From Callorhinchus milii (Eukaryota), in NCBI RefSeq assembly GCF_018977255.1, contig NW_024704742.1, forward strand, positions 93,126,001 through 93,190,000: DNA of 64,000 bases. Reading direction: 5' to 3'. The translations under genes were made by a program, and so were the position numbers. This document shows, piece after piece, positions 23,584 through 35,812 of the stretch; position 1 is the stretch's first letter, and the number at the start of each line of letters is the position of its first letter. The notes beneath the pieces were generated by a model. That model was given only the letters and a program-made list of their open reading frames with translations. It did not search any database and was not told the origin of the DNA.

Positions 23584-25546
23584 GTATTCCTACACATGCA
23601 AAACCCTCCAGGGTGGCCACAAAGCCCTCTTACCCCATTACAGAATAGCGATACAAGATTATAAAAGGAGCTAAAACAGGCTGTCAGAGATGCATTTTAC
23701 CTCATCATGTTATGGAAGATGTAACACCAAACATGGTGACAGATTAATATCTGCCATGAATATGATGGCGCTCACACCGAACCTCTGAACGTCTAAATAC
23801 AGTTAAACTGAATACAATTAAGTACTTCTAAATACAATTATCACATTCTTCCACATGTTTCAGTTGTTGGGTCAGTGCACAGGAGAAAAACCATCATGTG
23901 GGTAACAGGACTTTTTGAACACCCTGATTATTGCACTGATTAAACATCTGCGTTGTCTTGTGAATGCAGTTCCCTAATTCTAAAATGGGTAAACAAAATA
24001 CAGATTCTTTACATGTTGAGTTTGGCTGCATTTCCAATATTCCTTGAGCTTTAACACTGTCATTTCTTCCGCTGTTGAGCAGGACTTTCGTCAAGCCATC
24101 ATTTATTCTCTTTAGCTCTTCAGGCAGCCCACATTTGCGCACTCTTTTCACTCAGAGCGAGATGAACATAAGTTGACTACTATACTTCCCTGTTCAACAC
24201 TTGTTTTGAAATGCCCCTTGCTTTTTTATAAAAAACAAATACATTCCTATTTCAAGTTATCCCCTCCACCATCTCTCAGGACACACAATAACTGGGAACA
24301 AGAAATGGTTTGCTCCACAGATAAGGGGATCAAAAATATGCCTCAATGGTTACATCTTCATTTTAAAGGTCACCTGCTTTCTACCAATATTTCCATTATC
24401 ATAGCACCTTGATAACATCTCCTCATCCAGACACGTGTACTTTAGATCAGAGATCTGTGGAGAATGACTGGGAGCAAGAACTCAGTCTGATCTCCTGCCC
24501 CCTCAACTCCGCTGCACTGAAGCCAATCGCAGCACCTCATCTGCTGATCTGTTAACTCAACATAAAGCAGGATTCGACCCTGTGATTATGAACTAGTACT
24601 GTACAGGATGGTGCATTATCCACAAAGTCATTTGGGAGCTGAAAATCTTACATGAAACGATCTTACATGAAATAGTTTTGAAATGTTCTGTCTTGCTAAA
24701 TCTGGATTTTGTAAACAAAAATGCGGGTAGGACATATTGATAAAACACAGCAAACCAAGATGATAAAAATGAATATAAAATACAATATTTTCCCATGCCA
24801 TTCAAAGGGAATGCTAGGAATTAATACAAAACCTAGCCAAGTGTCACACAGCAAAGATTCATCTGTGAAACAGTGCCAAATGTCAATAAGTATCTGGATG
24901 AAAGGTTACATAAAAGCTTTGACTGGCCCAATTGTTCTTCTTGTAACAAGTGAATATATTTCTGACTGGCAATAATGTACAATAAAAAGCTGCATCCCTG
25001 AAGAAAGTTCAAAATATAATTCACTCTCCGACTATTAACGTCACTTGACACTGACATAGAAGGACCTTGAGTGTATTAGTTCAAAAGTGCATCGGTTTGC
25101 TTTGCCCTTAAAAACGGTGTTAAAATAATGGGTAGAGAAATAAAGCCACTCTGCATGGTTACAGGATTTTTTAAAATCTCACCCATCATCTGCTTTCTTC
25201 CATCACAGCAGACGAGCAAGGAATTAATGTTCCTGGTTGAAGTTTCAGCAACAAATATGGGTGGATCACATTAAAACATCGCCTCAGGGGAGAGAACTGA
25301 TTCCTAGCGGTCTATTGAGAAGGCATCGAATTCTTGATGAATTACTGCCACTGGATGGTGGGGGGATGGTGGGATGGGTCGAGTTCACCTTCCCTGCAGC
25401 AAATCACAAGTCCTTTCTCAGATAGCTCATTGGTTCGGAGGTGATAAACATGGGGTGGTGTCTGATGCTAGCTCTCCAGAATTGTCCACATGTGTTTCTA
25501 ATCCAGAAGAATGCTTCTGTGTTCCTAGTAATGTTTGTGTGCAGAT

Positions 25547-25892
25547 CGCCTCATAAGCGAGAGACCTGGGTTCTATTCCTGGCAGGGCGAAATGTTGGGC
25601 AAGTTTACTTACTCCACGCACCTCTGTTTACCCAGCAGTAAGTAGGAACCTGGTTGTTAGTCGATTGGTGGATCGCTTTTCCGGGGATAATAATCTCTCA
25701 AGAAAAAGCAATAATAATTTGGTCATTCAATCAATGACTGTTTGTGGGACACTGCTGTGCGGACTGGCCTCCACGTTTCGCTCACAAATATACAGTCAAT
25801 TCACTTTACAGCATATTCTATGAAGCGCTTTGAGATGTCTAGAAGATGTGAAAAGCGCTGTATCAAATGCAACGATTGTTATTATTATTATT
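25547..25892 (+). mobile_element. tRNA-derived SINE
   Basis: GAGACCTGGGTTCTATTCC B-box region, conserved body and (ATT)n tail. Confidence 0.85.
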
Positions 25893-26584
25893 AAATACAC
25901 AGTCACTACAATTTGCAGTAGATTCTGTGAACGGCTTGTGACATCTTGATGGTGTGAAACAGCACTATATCAAAGGCAATTATCATTATTTATGTCCCCA
26001 AATTATATATACTTATTATATTTAAATCATCTTCCCAGAACCAATGATTATCCCTGCATCTGAGAATATATATGTGTAAATTGGGTTGTGGCTCCTATTC
26101 CTACTCTTACTCCCAATACTTTAAAGATTTTAAGAAATTGACCACTGTCAATCACTAGCTTTTGATTAGTAAGTTTTTAGCCAATAATTTAAGCCAATTT
26201 AAAAAATTGTCGCTCTCATCTTCTAAATTAGACAATAAGCTAGAAATGTAGAAAAGCTTAAAAGTCAGACTAGGAAGCACAAAGGTTCAGATACAGAAAA
26301 GTCAGAAAGAAGGTTAGAATTGGCAAAAGAGAGTTAGATACATAGACAGCAGTAGAAATTATTTTAAACCCTACATTTTGAAAGAGACAGAAAGAGAGAG
26401 CATGGAAAGAGAGAAACTAAAGGTGATGGAAAGTACTGGTAACATTTTAGTTTCATTTTAAATTGTTTTTTGTATTTCTTTTAAGTACTTTGGGGTTATT
26501 GTTACAGTAATAAAGCTGTTCCTGAAGTTTGAGCACTGTTCTTTTAATTATTTTACGTTTTAGTGCCTCATCCATAACAATAAT

Positions 26585-26960
26585 AACAATAATAATACTT
26601 GCATTTGATAACAATACCTTGTCATGAGAAAAATTCTCATGACAAGGTATCTCAGTGCTACAGAGTTTTCTGTATTGTGATCATGCACGTGTAATGAACT
26701 TGACAGCCAATTTGCACACAGCAATGTCTCATAGATATGAGGGAAATGATCAATCTATTAAGGGGGAGCGAGTTGTTGGCCATGACACTGAGAGAAAAAA
26801 AATCTCCCTTTTCTTTTCGAATAGTGTCATTGGTGTTTTAATGCCCATCTGGCAGATAGGGCCTTGATTTAACATGTCATCTGAACTGTCAGCCATGAGC
26901 TCCAAGACCCTGACATGTGGCTTGAACCCACATCCTTGTAACCCAGAAGCTAGAGTGCTG
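26585..26960 (-). mobile_element. Degenerate DeuSINE
   Basis: Homologous to the other Deu copies; carries a perfect palindrome at 26614-26650. Confidence 0.6.
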
Positions 26961-27274
26961 CCAAATCAGATCGGTTAACAATTATACAAACACAGATACG
27001 GTAGAATTATTATATATATTACAACAAAAATCATACATTCAGTATTATGGTTTAAATCAGTATAACAAAGTGAACCAGTAATGCAATCTTGTTATTCAGG
27101 TAATCATTATGAACTACTCTTGGTTGCAGTTACTTGCAGAATGGGTTATTGGGTTACTTATCGTCTGTCTATTTGCTGAAAAGAAATGGACTGCCTGACT
27201 TAGCAAGAGGAAAGAATTCCACCTTGTCTGGGAGTTTTAGTTCTATTTCAATCTCAGGATCCAGCAGCAACTCC

Positions 27275-27379
27275 TCACATGCCCTTAAACTGCTGCATGA
27301 TGGAGAGGAGCTGCTGGCTCCGTTTCTGCAAGTCTTTCTGTTCTTCATGCAGCTTCCCTTGTTCCTGCAACAGCTCTGC
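27275..27379 (-). CDS. Kelch/coiled-coil gene, last coding exon
   Basis: Acceptor TCTCCCTCTTGCAG; encodes AELLQEQGKLHEEQKDLQKRSQQLLSIMQQFKGM* (105 nt). Confidence 0.85.
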   Translation of the reverse strand, partial: AELLQEQGKLHEEQKDLQKRSQQLLSIMQQFKGM

Positions 27380-28204
27380 CTGCAAGAGGGAGAATACGGG
27401 AGATTAATAGGTGAGCCATCAGTATCCCTGAATGAAAGCAAACTATCTGACCCATCACTTGCATTAGCATTCTTTCTTTTCTTTCTCTTTCCAATAAATG
27501 CTTGAGAAAGGCAGAGTGTGATGTGATGATTAGTGCCAGTAATAATGGTAGGACATTCTGCTCTTGGAGATGTCCTAGTTATATCTGCTCCAGAGGATTA
27601 ATTAACTGTAGGATTGCTGACAGGAGAAACTCCATTCCCTTTTTGAACAGTACCACTTAATAGTGACAACTGTGCCTTCTGTGTGCCCCTTAACCCTTCC
27701 GCTCAATTATCAGTGGCCATGTTTTTAGCTACTATGTCCTGAATTTCTGGAACTCTGCCTCAAACCCTCTGGCTTGCCCTATCTGCCCATTTTCAGATAG
27801 CAACTCAAGACATTCCTCTTCTACCGTGCCAAAGATTATCTTCCCTTTCTCCCCGGCTCTGCCCACACTATTGTTAAGCACTATATAAATGGAAGTTGTT
27901 GTTATTGTTGTTGCCACGGGGTTCTTCAACACCCACTTGAAAAGGGAGGCACAACCTCAGTTTAATGTTTCATCCAAAGGACAATACCTCCAGCTAAGCA
28001 GAACACCCCAGCACTGTACTGGAGTGTCAGCCTGAACCATGAACTCAAAGTCTCCATGAACCAGGACTTCAACAATGTCACCCATGATGTTACACCGCCG
28101 GCTGATTTAGTCCAAACCAATGTAGCCCCCTAAGGGGGCTCATATTCATGGCTAAATTTTAATAATGTAACATTAACTGTATTTAGTTATCTCTTTGTTG
28201 GAAA

Positions 28205-28440
28205 TCATAGAAACATAGAGTTATACAGCACAGAAAGAGGCCACTTGGCCCATCGTGTCTGTTCTGGTTCTTTGAAAAGAGCTACCCAAATCAATCCCAC
28301 TCCCCCGCTCTCTCCCCATAACCCTGCAAATTTGTCGTCCCCAAATAATTATCTACTTCTCATTTAAAAGTTGTTATCGAGTCGGCTTCCACCACCCTTT
28401 CAGACAATGCTTTGCAGATTCGAACAACTCACTGTGTGAA
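28205..28440 (-). mobile_element. CR1 LINE 3' fragment
   Basis: CATAGAAACATAGAG...ACAGCACAGAAAGAGGCCACTTGGCCCATC, the reverse complement of a CR1 end. Confidence 0.8.
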
Positions 28441-28496
28441 AATCCATCTAGAGTTCATGAGAACATATTGCCCCTGGACTAAGCTTCTAACCTTAC

Positions 28497-28600
28497 CTTT
28501 TGTCTGCAGAGCTCTTGTCTTTCTCTGTCGTTTTCCTCAGCTCGAGCTTTAAGCCAAGCTTCATTCTGGCCTTATGTTTTTCTAGCATTTCCTGAAGCTC
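28497..28600 (-). CDS. Kelch/coiled-coil gene exon (apparent 1-nt deletion)
   Basis: Acceptor GTCTTTCAG, donor AAG|GTAAGG. 104 nt: ELQEMLEKHK[GC]QNEAWLKARAEENDRERQELCRQK. Confidence 0.8.
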
Positions 28601-29099
28601 CTGAAAGACATTGATGGATTGGAGATCAACTTTATGAACACCAAATGAGCACTTCATCACCAGAATACTAAACAGCGAGGGTTGAAGTTACTCCTAACAA
28701 ATTTCAGTTTGGCTCAGTTTGTAGCAAATCTTGCCTGTGGGTCAAAGGTTGTTTGTTTCGGCTCCACATCAGATTTATAAATAATCTAGGATGACACTCC
28801 AGTGAGGGCCTGAGGATGTGCTACATTGTTGGATGTGTCACCCAACAGCTAAAATCCTAAATTTAGATCTTGTTCTTGTGTTTCAGTTACAGTAGAAGTT
28901 AAAGTTACTATGGCAATATTTTGAAGTGAATGCAGGGAGTTAGTCCAGCCCAGCCAATTTTCCTTCTTCAGTAATAGACAATTTGGGTGTTGATCTCAGT
29001 GCTGTTTGTGAGACACTACTGGTGTGAATTATATGCCACTTTTGGCTATTTAACAACAGTCAGTACACGCCAAATGTAAGCAAAATACTGCAAATGCTG

Positions 29100-29640
29100 A
29101 AAATATGAAATGAAACAAATAAAACAAACACAGGTTTGAACCCTCACTAGATGGATGGTAGGTACAAGGAACTCCCTGTGAGTTTCCCAGTGGGCAACAC
29201 ATCTCAGCATGAAATATGTGAGAGCATTACCACCCTCTTCCTCTCTGCAACTTGGGCACACATCCCTTCCTATTGAACTATGGTTCCATTAATTTGAGGT
29301 GCGAAGTTTAAGCAGCAGCTGTTGCCTCTCTGCAGGCCATTCAAGGTGGATTCCAGGTGCTGGATGTAAGAACGTGTGTTAACAAACCCGGACTCCAGGT
29401 AACGCCTTCCAGTAGCTGTTGCCCGAAGCCTCAGAGTTTCCTCAACAGCTATCAGGTGGGGCATCAGCCTTCAGCGTGGTGGGAGGACCTCTACAGGACA
29501 GCTTGTGACATGCCAGCCACCTTAAGGTCCAAGTCCAATGCCGTGTATCAGGTTTATTCAGCACCAGCTGCTTAATCCAGGTCCTCGTGTGAAAGGGTTT
29601 AGCAAATAGATGTGCCCACTGTGAAGCCGACTCTAGTTCC
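29100..29640 (-). mobile_element. Non-LTR retrotransposon ORF2 C-terminal fragment with degenerate CCHC knuckle
   Basis: CPSCREEEGGNALTYFMLRC resembles a C-x2-C...H-x4-C knuckle (His replaced by Tyr), preceded by broken ORFs. Confidence 0.5.
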
Positions 29641-29745
29641 AGGGTGCTCAGTGACAGATCTTCTATTAATTCCCCTCCTAATTCGCACCTACAGCTCTTT
29701 GAGTATTGGAATTCAAATCTACTCAAGCAAACAATAAGCTTTATA

Positions 29746-29845
29746 AAAACAGAAGTCGCTGGGAACACTCAGCAGGTCAGGCAGCATCTATGGAGAAAGG
29801 AAAGTGAGTCAACGATTCGGGTCCATGACCCTTCATCAGAACTGG
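29746..29845. mobile_element. Penelope-like terminal repeat fragment
   Basis: AAAACAGAAGTCGCTGGGAACACTCAGCAGGTCAGGCAGCATCTATGGAG...CCCTTCATCAGAACTGG resembles a common chondrichthyan repeat end as I recall it; the class assignment is tentative. Confidence 0.45.
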
Positions 29846-30629
29846 GCGTGTGTGCAGGGGGGAGGGGGGTCGGCGGGAGACAATTGGCAGAGAATGAAAA
29901 TAAAAATAAAATACACAACTCAAAAGCAAACAAAACATTTCTGTCGAGAGTTCTGAATTGCCTGAATTGACAGTTTGGCACAGAAACGAGGCAAACTTTT
30001 TTTGGGAAAAAAACCATGAGCCAAAGCTCTGTGGAAAGTTTTAGAGCACAGCTTGAGAGTTGTAGATCTGTTTTTTTAAACAAAATATATGATACGTAGT
30101 GAAAAGTGTGTTATGAATGTGGTTGTAAGAATGTTTTACTTTCTGTAATGGAAACTACAGTCGCAGCCTTATAGCTTGTTCATGCCACAGACCAGTTATT
30201 TGGAAGGAAGAGCAAAGCTCAGTGTACACTAACTTCTGGCAACAGATTAGTCTGCAAAAATATCATCTTAACCTTTACAAATGGAATCAAATCTCACATT
30301 GAGTGATATGGCATGGAAACAGACCGTTTGGCCTACAAAATATATAGTCAATTCACTTTATAGTATATTCTGTGAAGCGCTTTCAGATGTCTCAACGACA
30401 TGATAAGGTGGTCTATCAATTGCAAGGATTATTATTATAATGAGTCCATGCCGGTGTTTATAGTTCATACAAACCTCCACCCTTCCTGCCCATCCAAGGA
30501 TGTGAACCACTTTGAGACATCTTCCTGATGTGACAGGTGCTTTATAAATGTAAATCATATTATATACCTCACCTATAGGCAGGCCAATAGACTCTGCCTA
30601 TAGGTGAGGTATACAATACGATAGTGCAA

Positions 30630-31035
30630 TGTGTGTGTGTAATGGAGGGTGTGTTTGTAGCGGAGTGTGTATAGTGGAAGGTGTGTGTGTCGTGGAGGGT
30701 GTGTGTGTAGTGGAGGATGTGTGCATCGTGGAGGGTGTGTGTGTCGTGGAGGGTGTGTGCGTGTAGTGGAAGGGTGTGTGTGTGTGTAGAGGTGAGTGCT
30801 CTAACCACTGAACTACAGGAATCCACCTAGTGGAGGTGTGTGTGTGTAGTGGAAGGGGGTGCGTAGTGGAGAGGAGGTGTGTAGTGGAGGGAGTGTGTGT
30901 AGTGGAGGGGGTGTGTGTAGTGGAAGGTGTGTGTGTGAGTGTAGTGGAGGGGGTGGGTGTGTGTAATGGAGGGGGTGTGTGTAGTGGAGAGTGTGTGTAT
31001 GTGTAGTGGAGAGGGTGTGTCTGTAGTGGAGGGGT
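30630..31035. repeat. GT-rich minisatellite (GTGTGTGTAGTGGAGG-like)
   Basis: ~18-bp degenerate units, with a SINE head fragment embedded at ~30790-30822. A short copy lies at 31903-31977. Confidence 0.85.
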
Positions 31036-32188
31036 TTTAGCGGATGCCACACTTTTCTATTGGCCCAGTTTATAGGCCTTTATTGCCTTCACTTCACATA
31101 TGCATCATGTTTTTCTCTTAAATACATTGATGCTTTTTGCTTCTACCATAGCTTCTGGGAGCAAGTGCCAAATTCGTATCACCATCTGCGTGAAGGAGTT
31201 CATGCTGAACTCCCTATCAGATTTACTGCCAGCTGTCTTACATTTATGCTTTCTTGGTTTGCATTTCCTTAAGCAACGCAATCTAGGAAGCTTCACATAT
31301 CATTGCCACCGTAGCTTCTGCACTCCTCCAGAGCTAATTAATAATAAAAAATAATCCTTAGATTTATACAGAACCTTCCACTTCAGAAGGGATGTCTCAA
31401 AGTCCTTCACAGGATTTATTCTAAAGTGATTTTGTATTTTGTAGACAAATGAGGCAAGTGGTGCAGCACAGCCCCAGCATTGCATTGGAGGGTCAGTCTA
31501 GATCATCTGAGTTCAAAGTCCCAATGTGGGCAGTAAATCTTCTGAAGCTCTTTAAGATGTCTTCTTATCTCATTTCTGCCTATTAAGCATCCATTTTCAC
31601 TAATCAAATGCCTCAGATTGTGCCAGTGATCTAATGTTAAACATTACAAAGAACTCATTGCAATGGTTTATTCTCATATTGTAGTTTTGACAGCTCATAA
31701 TTCTTGAGTTTGATATAGCACCTTAATCACATTGTCAAGATGTCTCAAAGCCCATCACAGGTTTTAACTGTGAAGTGTAATCACTGTACATTTGTAGATG
31801 ATACCATAGGCCAATTTGTGCACACAGTAATGTCTCACAAACAGCTAGGAAGTGAATATCCAATTTTATTTAATTTGGGGGTTTGTTGGGAGAAACCTTC
31901 TATAGTGGTGTGTGTGTCGTGGAGGGGGTGTGCGTCTAGTGGAGGATGTGTGTGTGTGTAGTGGAGGAGGTGTGTGCAGAAGCTCCCTTCTCTTTTCAAA
32001 TCATGGCAGGGAATCTTTAACGTCTACTTGAACAGGCAAACAAGGCCTTGGTTGAAGTATCATCCTAAGAATAGTGCCTCCAACAATGTAGCGCTCCCCC
32101 AATAGTGCACTGGGTTGTCAGAGTCAATACTGTCGGTACTATCAGTTGGTACTTTTAGTTCACAACTGTGCCAAATTTGAGTGTGTTC

Positions 32189-32548
32189 AATAATAATTAT
32201 AATAATCCTTGCATTTGATATAGCGCCTTAGCATATCTTTGAGATGTCTAAAAGCGCTTCACAGAATATACTGTTAAGTGAATTGACTGTATATTATGTG
32301 GGCAAAACGCGGCGCACAGTTATGTTCCACAAACAGTCGTGGATTGAGTGACCAATTTTTTTTAAAAAAGCAATTATTACCCCCGGAAACATGATCCGCC
32401 AATTGACTAACAGCCAAGTTCCTACTTACTGCTGGGTAAACAAAGGCTTGTGGTGTAAGGAAACTTGCCCATCGATTTGCCCTGCCGGGAATTGAACCCA
32501 GGTCTCTCGTTTGCGAGGTGAGTGCTCTAACCACTGGGCTACAGGACT
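32189..32548 (-). mobile_element. Full-length tRNA-derived SINE
   Basis: Minus-strand head TCCTGTAGCCCAGTGGTTAGAGCACTC...GGGTTCAATTCCCGGC (A and B boxes), body and (ATT)n tail. Confidence 0.9.
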
Positions 32549-32554
32549 CGGTTT

Positions 32555-32852
32555 AACAACAACAACACTACATCTGTATAGAGCCTTTCACGTCAGGAGG
32601 ACGTCCCAAGGTATTGGACAATCAGTGTTTCGGACCGAGCTGGGGATCAGGATTGGGGAGAGTGGGGGAACGAGGGTGATTGAAGGCATGGTCGAAGAGG
32701 AGGGTCTTGAGATAGGTCTTGAAGGAGGAAAGGGAGGTGGCGAGTGGGACGGCCTGCGGGAAGGAGTTCCAGAGGGTGGGGGCAAAGTGGCTGAAGGCCC
32801 ACCCGCCAATGGTGGGGCGGGCAAGGCGGGGGACAGGAGGCAGGCCGGAGTC
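32555..32852 (-). mobile_element. L2 LINE 3' end
   Basis: (AAC)n followed by TTTCACGTCAGGAGGACGTCCCAAGG; homologous to 13208-13560. Confidence 0.8.
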
Positions 32853-33037
32853 CGCTGTTCACTCCTAAATTCGTCAATTGCAAGGCAGGAATACAATTTT
32901 CATAAATGTGACAACTTTTGTTGATGAGGGCTGGGGTAGTCATGCATTAACTTAAATGAGATTAGATGCTCACAATTATTCTTATGTCACTGATCCACAG
33001 CGTTACAGAATTTTGTATGTGCTGCTGCTCCTCTCAC

Positions 33038-33122
33038 CTGTTGCTGACTTCTGTACTGTTTATCATAAGCATCTTTTTCTTTCTGGAAAGCAATTCTAGC
33101 TTGATTAAGTTCTGTTTTCTCA
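33038..33122 (-). CDS. Kelch/coiled-coil gene exon
   Basis: Acceptor TTTTATTATCACAG, donor CAG|GTGAGA; (T)EKTELNQARIAFQKEKDAYDKQYRSQQQ; 85 nt, phase 2 to 0. Confidence 0.85.
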
Positions 33123-33409
33123 CTGTGATAATAAAACACAATACGAATGTTATTGGTAAATCTGTACCTTGTTTTACATGACAACAGAAACATTTTTCTA
33201 GTGTTTATTACAAAACTGCTCAAATTTAGGCTTTTGCAAAGTTTTCAATTTTCCCCCACTTGTTTTACTTGTAGATCTGGTTTGCTTTTAAACCAGTTAT
33301 TTGATGTTTTCATTTCAGGACCCAAATCTCCTGCCTCAGTTGGTAGCACTCACGTTTCAGAATCCGAAGCCTATGGATTCAAACCACAGGTCGGGACTCT
33401 GAGGTTGTA

Positions 33410-33728
33410 TAATAATAATAATCTTTGCATTTGATATAGTGCTTTTCATGTCTTTGAGACGTCTCAAAGCGCTTCACAGATTATACTGTGAAGTGAATTG
33501 ACTGTATATTTTGTGGGCGAAATGCGGCAGCCAATTGCATACAGCAGTGTCCCACAAACAGTTGTGGATTGAGTGACCAAATTATTATATTTTTCTTTTG
33601 TTTTGTTTTTTTCTTGGGGGATTATTATCAGGCATGTGGTGTAAGGAAATTTGCCCAAGGTTTCGCCCTGCCGGGAATCAAACCCAGGTCTCTCGCTTGT
33701 GAGGCGAGTGCTCTAACCACTGAGCTAT
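33410..33728 (-). mobile_element. tRNA-derived SINE
   Basis: Head TAGCTCAGTGGTTAGAGCACTCGCC on the minus strand, plus tail. Confidence 0.85.
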
Positions 33729-33859
33729 AAGCGTATCAGCCTTGAGTATATATACTCCAATACAGTGCTGGGGGATCATGGCATTTTCAGAGCTGCTGGC
33801 CTTTACACAGAATGTACAGCAGAGAAACAGGCCGTTTTGCTCAACTAATACTATTATGT

Positions 33860-34110
33860 GTGTCAACCTATGTAGTGGTAACCGTCTAGCCTCTGAATCA
33901 GAAGATTGTGCGTTCAGGCCCCACATCGGACTTGGAATCCCATCATCTAAGATGACACTCCAACACAGTGCTGGGGGTTGTTGCATTATTGGAGGCGCTG
34001 CCCTTCAAATGTGACGTTATACCGAGGTCCCATCTGCCTGTCCAGGTGGATGTTAAAGATCCCATGGCACTATACGAAAAGAGAAGGGAGTTTCTCCCTG
34101 TTTCCTGACC
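33860..34110 (+). mobile_element. DeuSINE (head + Deu core)
   Basis: GGAGGCGCTGCCCTTCAAATGTGACGTTATACCGAGGTCCCATCTGCCTGTCCAGGTGGATGTTAAAGATCCCATGGCAC. Confidence 0.8.
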
Positions 34111-34541
34111 GATGAGTTTCTAAAGCTTTTCATGATTTTTATGGCTTCTTGCTCCTTGAAGGGACGACTGCCTCATTATAAATTGTCATATATTAGACCC
34201 TTTTGACAGAAAGATGGATGAATAGTTGTTGTTCAATTAATAGATCAGTCATTAAAATAATTCAATTAATAGATCAGTCACATCAGACCGCTGAAAGACG
34301 ACACTCTTACAATGCAACACTCCTAGACTGTGAGCTCAAAGACCTGACATGGGGCTTGAACCCACTTTCTGACTCAGAGGTGAGAGTGCTACCAACTGAG
34401 CCAGGTTGACACAGTTGTGTATATTTTAGAAGTTCAAGCTGCAGTAATTTTAGGCTTTTTATCTGAGTGCATTTATCTCTATGACTGAAGTCAGTTTTGG
34501 ACTCACAACAATTCCACTAAAACATCATTGACATCACATAC

Positions 34542-34642
34542 GTGTTCAGGTTTTGAAACTCAATGTCCAGCATAGCAAAAGCACGAGTGATCATTTCCAC
34601 AGCTTGCTTGTGAATAGAGCTCAGATCCCGGGGTTCACTTGC
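34542..34642 (-). CDS. Kelch/coiled-coil gene exon
   Basis: Strong polypyrimidine acceptor TTTTTTTTGTATTTGTAG, donor |GTATGT; ASEPRDLSSIHKQAVEMITRAFAMLDIEFQNLN(T); 101 nt, phase 0 to 2. Confidence 0.85.
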
Positions 34643-34731
34643 CTACAAATACAAAAAAAAGAAAAATGGTAGTAAACTTTTGCTGTATTGTAGAATTTGA
34701 TTTGAATGACAGATTATTTCTCTTATTTCGC

Positions 34732-35112
34732 TGTAGCACTGTTGTGTATTGGGTAGAGCACTCGCCTTGCAAGTGAAAGGACCCAGGTTTGATTCCCGGA
34801 CAGGGCAAAACCTGTGTAAAGTTTCCTTACACCACACGCCTCTGTTTACCTCGCTGTGAGTAGGAACCCGGCTGTTAGTCGATCAGTGGATCACCTTCCG
34901 GGAGTAATAATCCCTTTAAAGAATAATTATAATTAATAATCACTCAATCCACGACTGTGTGTGGGACACTGCTGTGCTCAATTAGCTGCTGCATTTCGCC
35001 TACAAAATATACAGTCAATTCACTTTATGGTATATTCTGTGAAGCGCTTTGAGACATCTCGGTGACATGATATGGTGCCATATCAAATGCGAGGATGATT
35101 ATTATATTATTA
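34732..35112 (+). mobile_element. Full-length tRNA-derived SINE
   Basis: GGTAGAGCACTCGCCTTGCAAGTGAAAGGACCCAGGTTTGATTCCCGG head, body and tail. Confidence 0.85.
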
Positions 35113-35359
35113 TGCAGCTACTTGTGATCTTTTTGTGTTCTCCCGGAATCCCGACTTGGTGAGTTTGTGATTCCGCCCAGTTCATCACAAGGAGATACTT
35201 GGGCATCTCTGCATCAGTGGAGGAAACAAACCTATACTGCTCTAAGGTGCTTTCCATTCAGCTCATAAAGTGCTGAAGCAGTAGAGTGGGCAAGACAAAC
35301 ACTGACTTGTTATAGCATCAAAACTTCTCAAAGCACTATGATTTGTTCAACATGAGTTC

Positions 35360-35812
35360 TTCGCAAACGAGAGGACCCAAATTCGATTCCCAGGCGGGCA
35401 AAGCCTTAGGCAACTTTCCTTACTCTGTACGCCTCTGTTTACTTAGCAGTAAATAGGAACTCAGTTGTTAGTCAGTTGGCGGATTGCTTTCTGGGGATAA
35501 TAAATCTCCCCCCAAAATTTGGGATACTCAATCCACGACTGTTGATAATTATTTTGGGAGGACAAATTTGCAGGGCTATGGGGAGAGAGCGGAGAAGTGG
35601 GATTGAATTGGATAGCTCTTTTCAAAGAGCCAGCACAGACACGATGGGCCGAATGGCCTCCTTCTGTGCTGTATAATTCTATGATTCTATGTTTGTGGGA
35701 CATTGCTGTGCCCATTGGCTGGCGAGTTTCACCCACAGAATACTCAGTCAATTCACTTTACAATATATTCTGTGGAGCACTTTGAGATATGATAATGTGC
35801 TATTATTATTAT
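35360..35812 (+). mobile_element. SINE with a CR1 3' end (35548-35690) inserted
   Basis: SINE consensus CGACTGTTTGTGGGAC is interrupted by ...GGGCCGAATGGCCTCCTTCTGTGCTGTATAATTCTATGATTCTATG. Confidence 0.8.

Noticed and set aside
23894..24151. 85-aa minus-strand ORF as an extra exon
   Set aside because: No convincing splice sites or recognisable homology.
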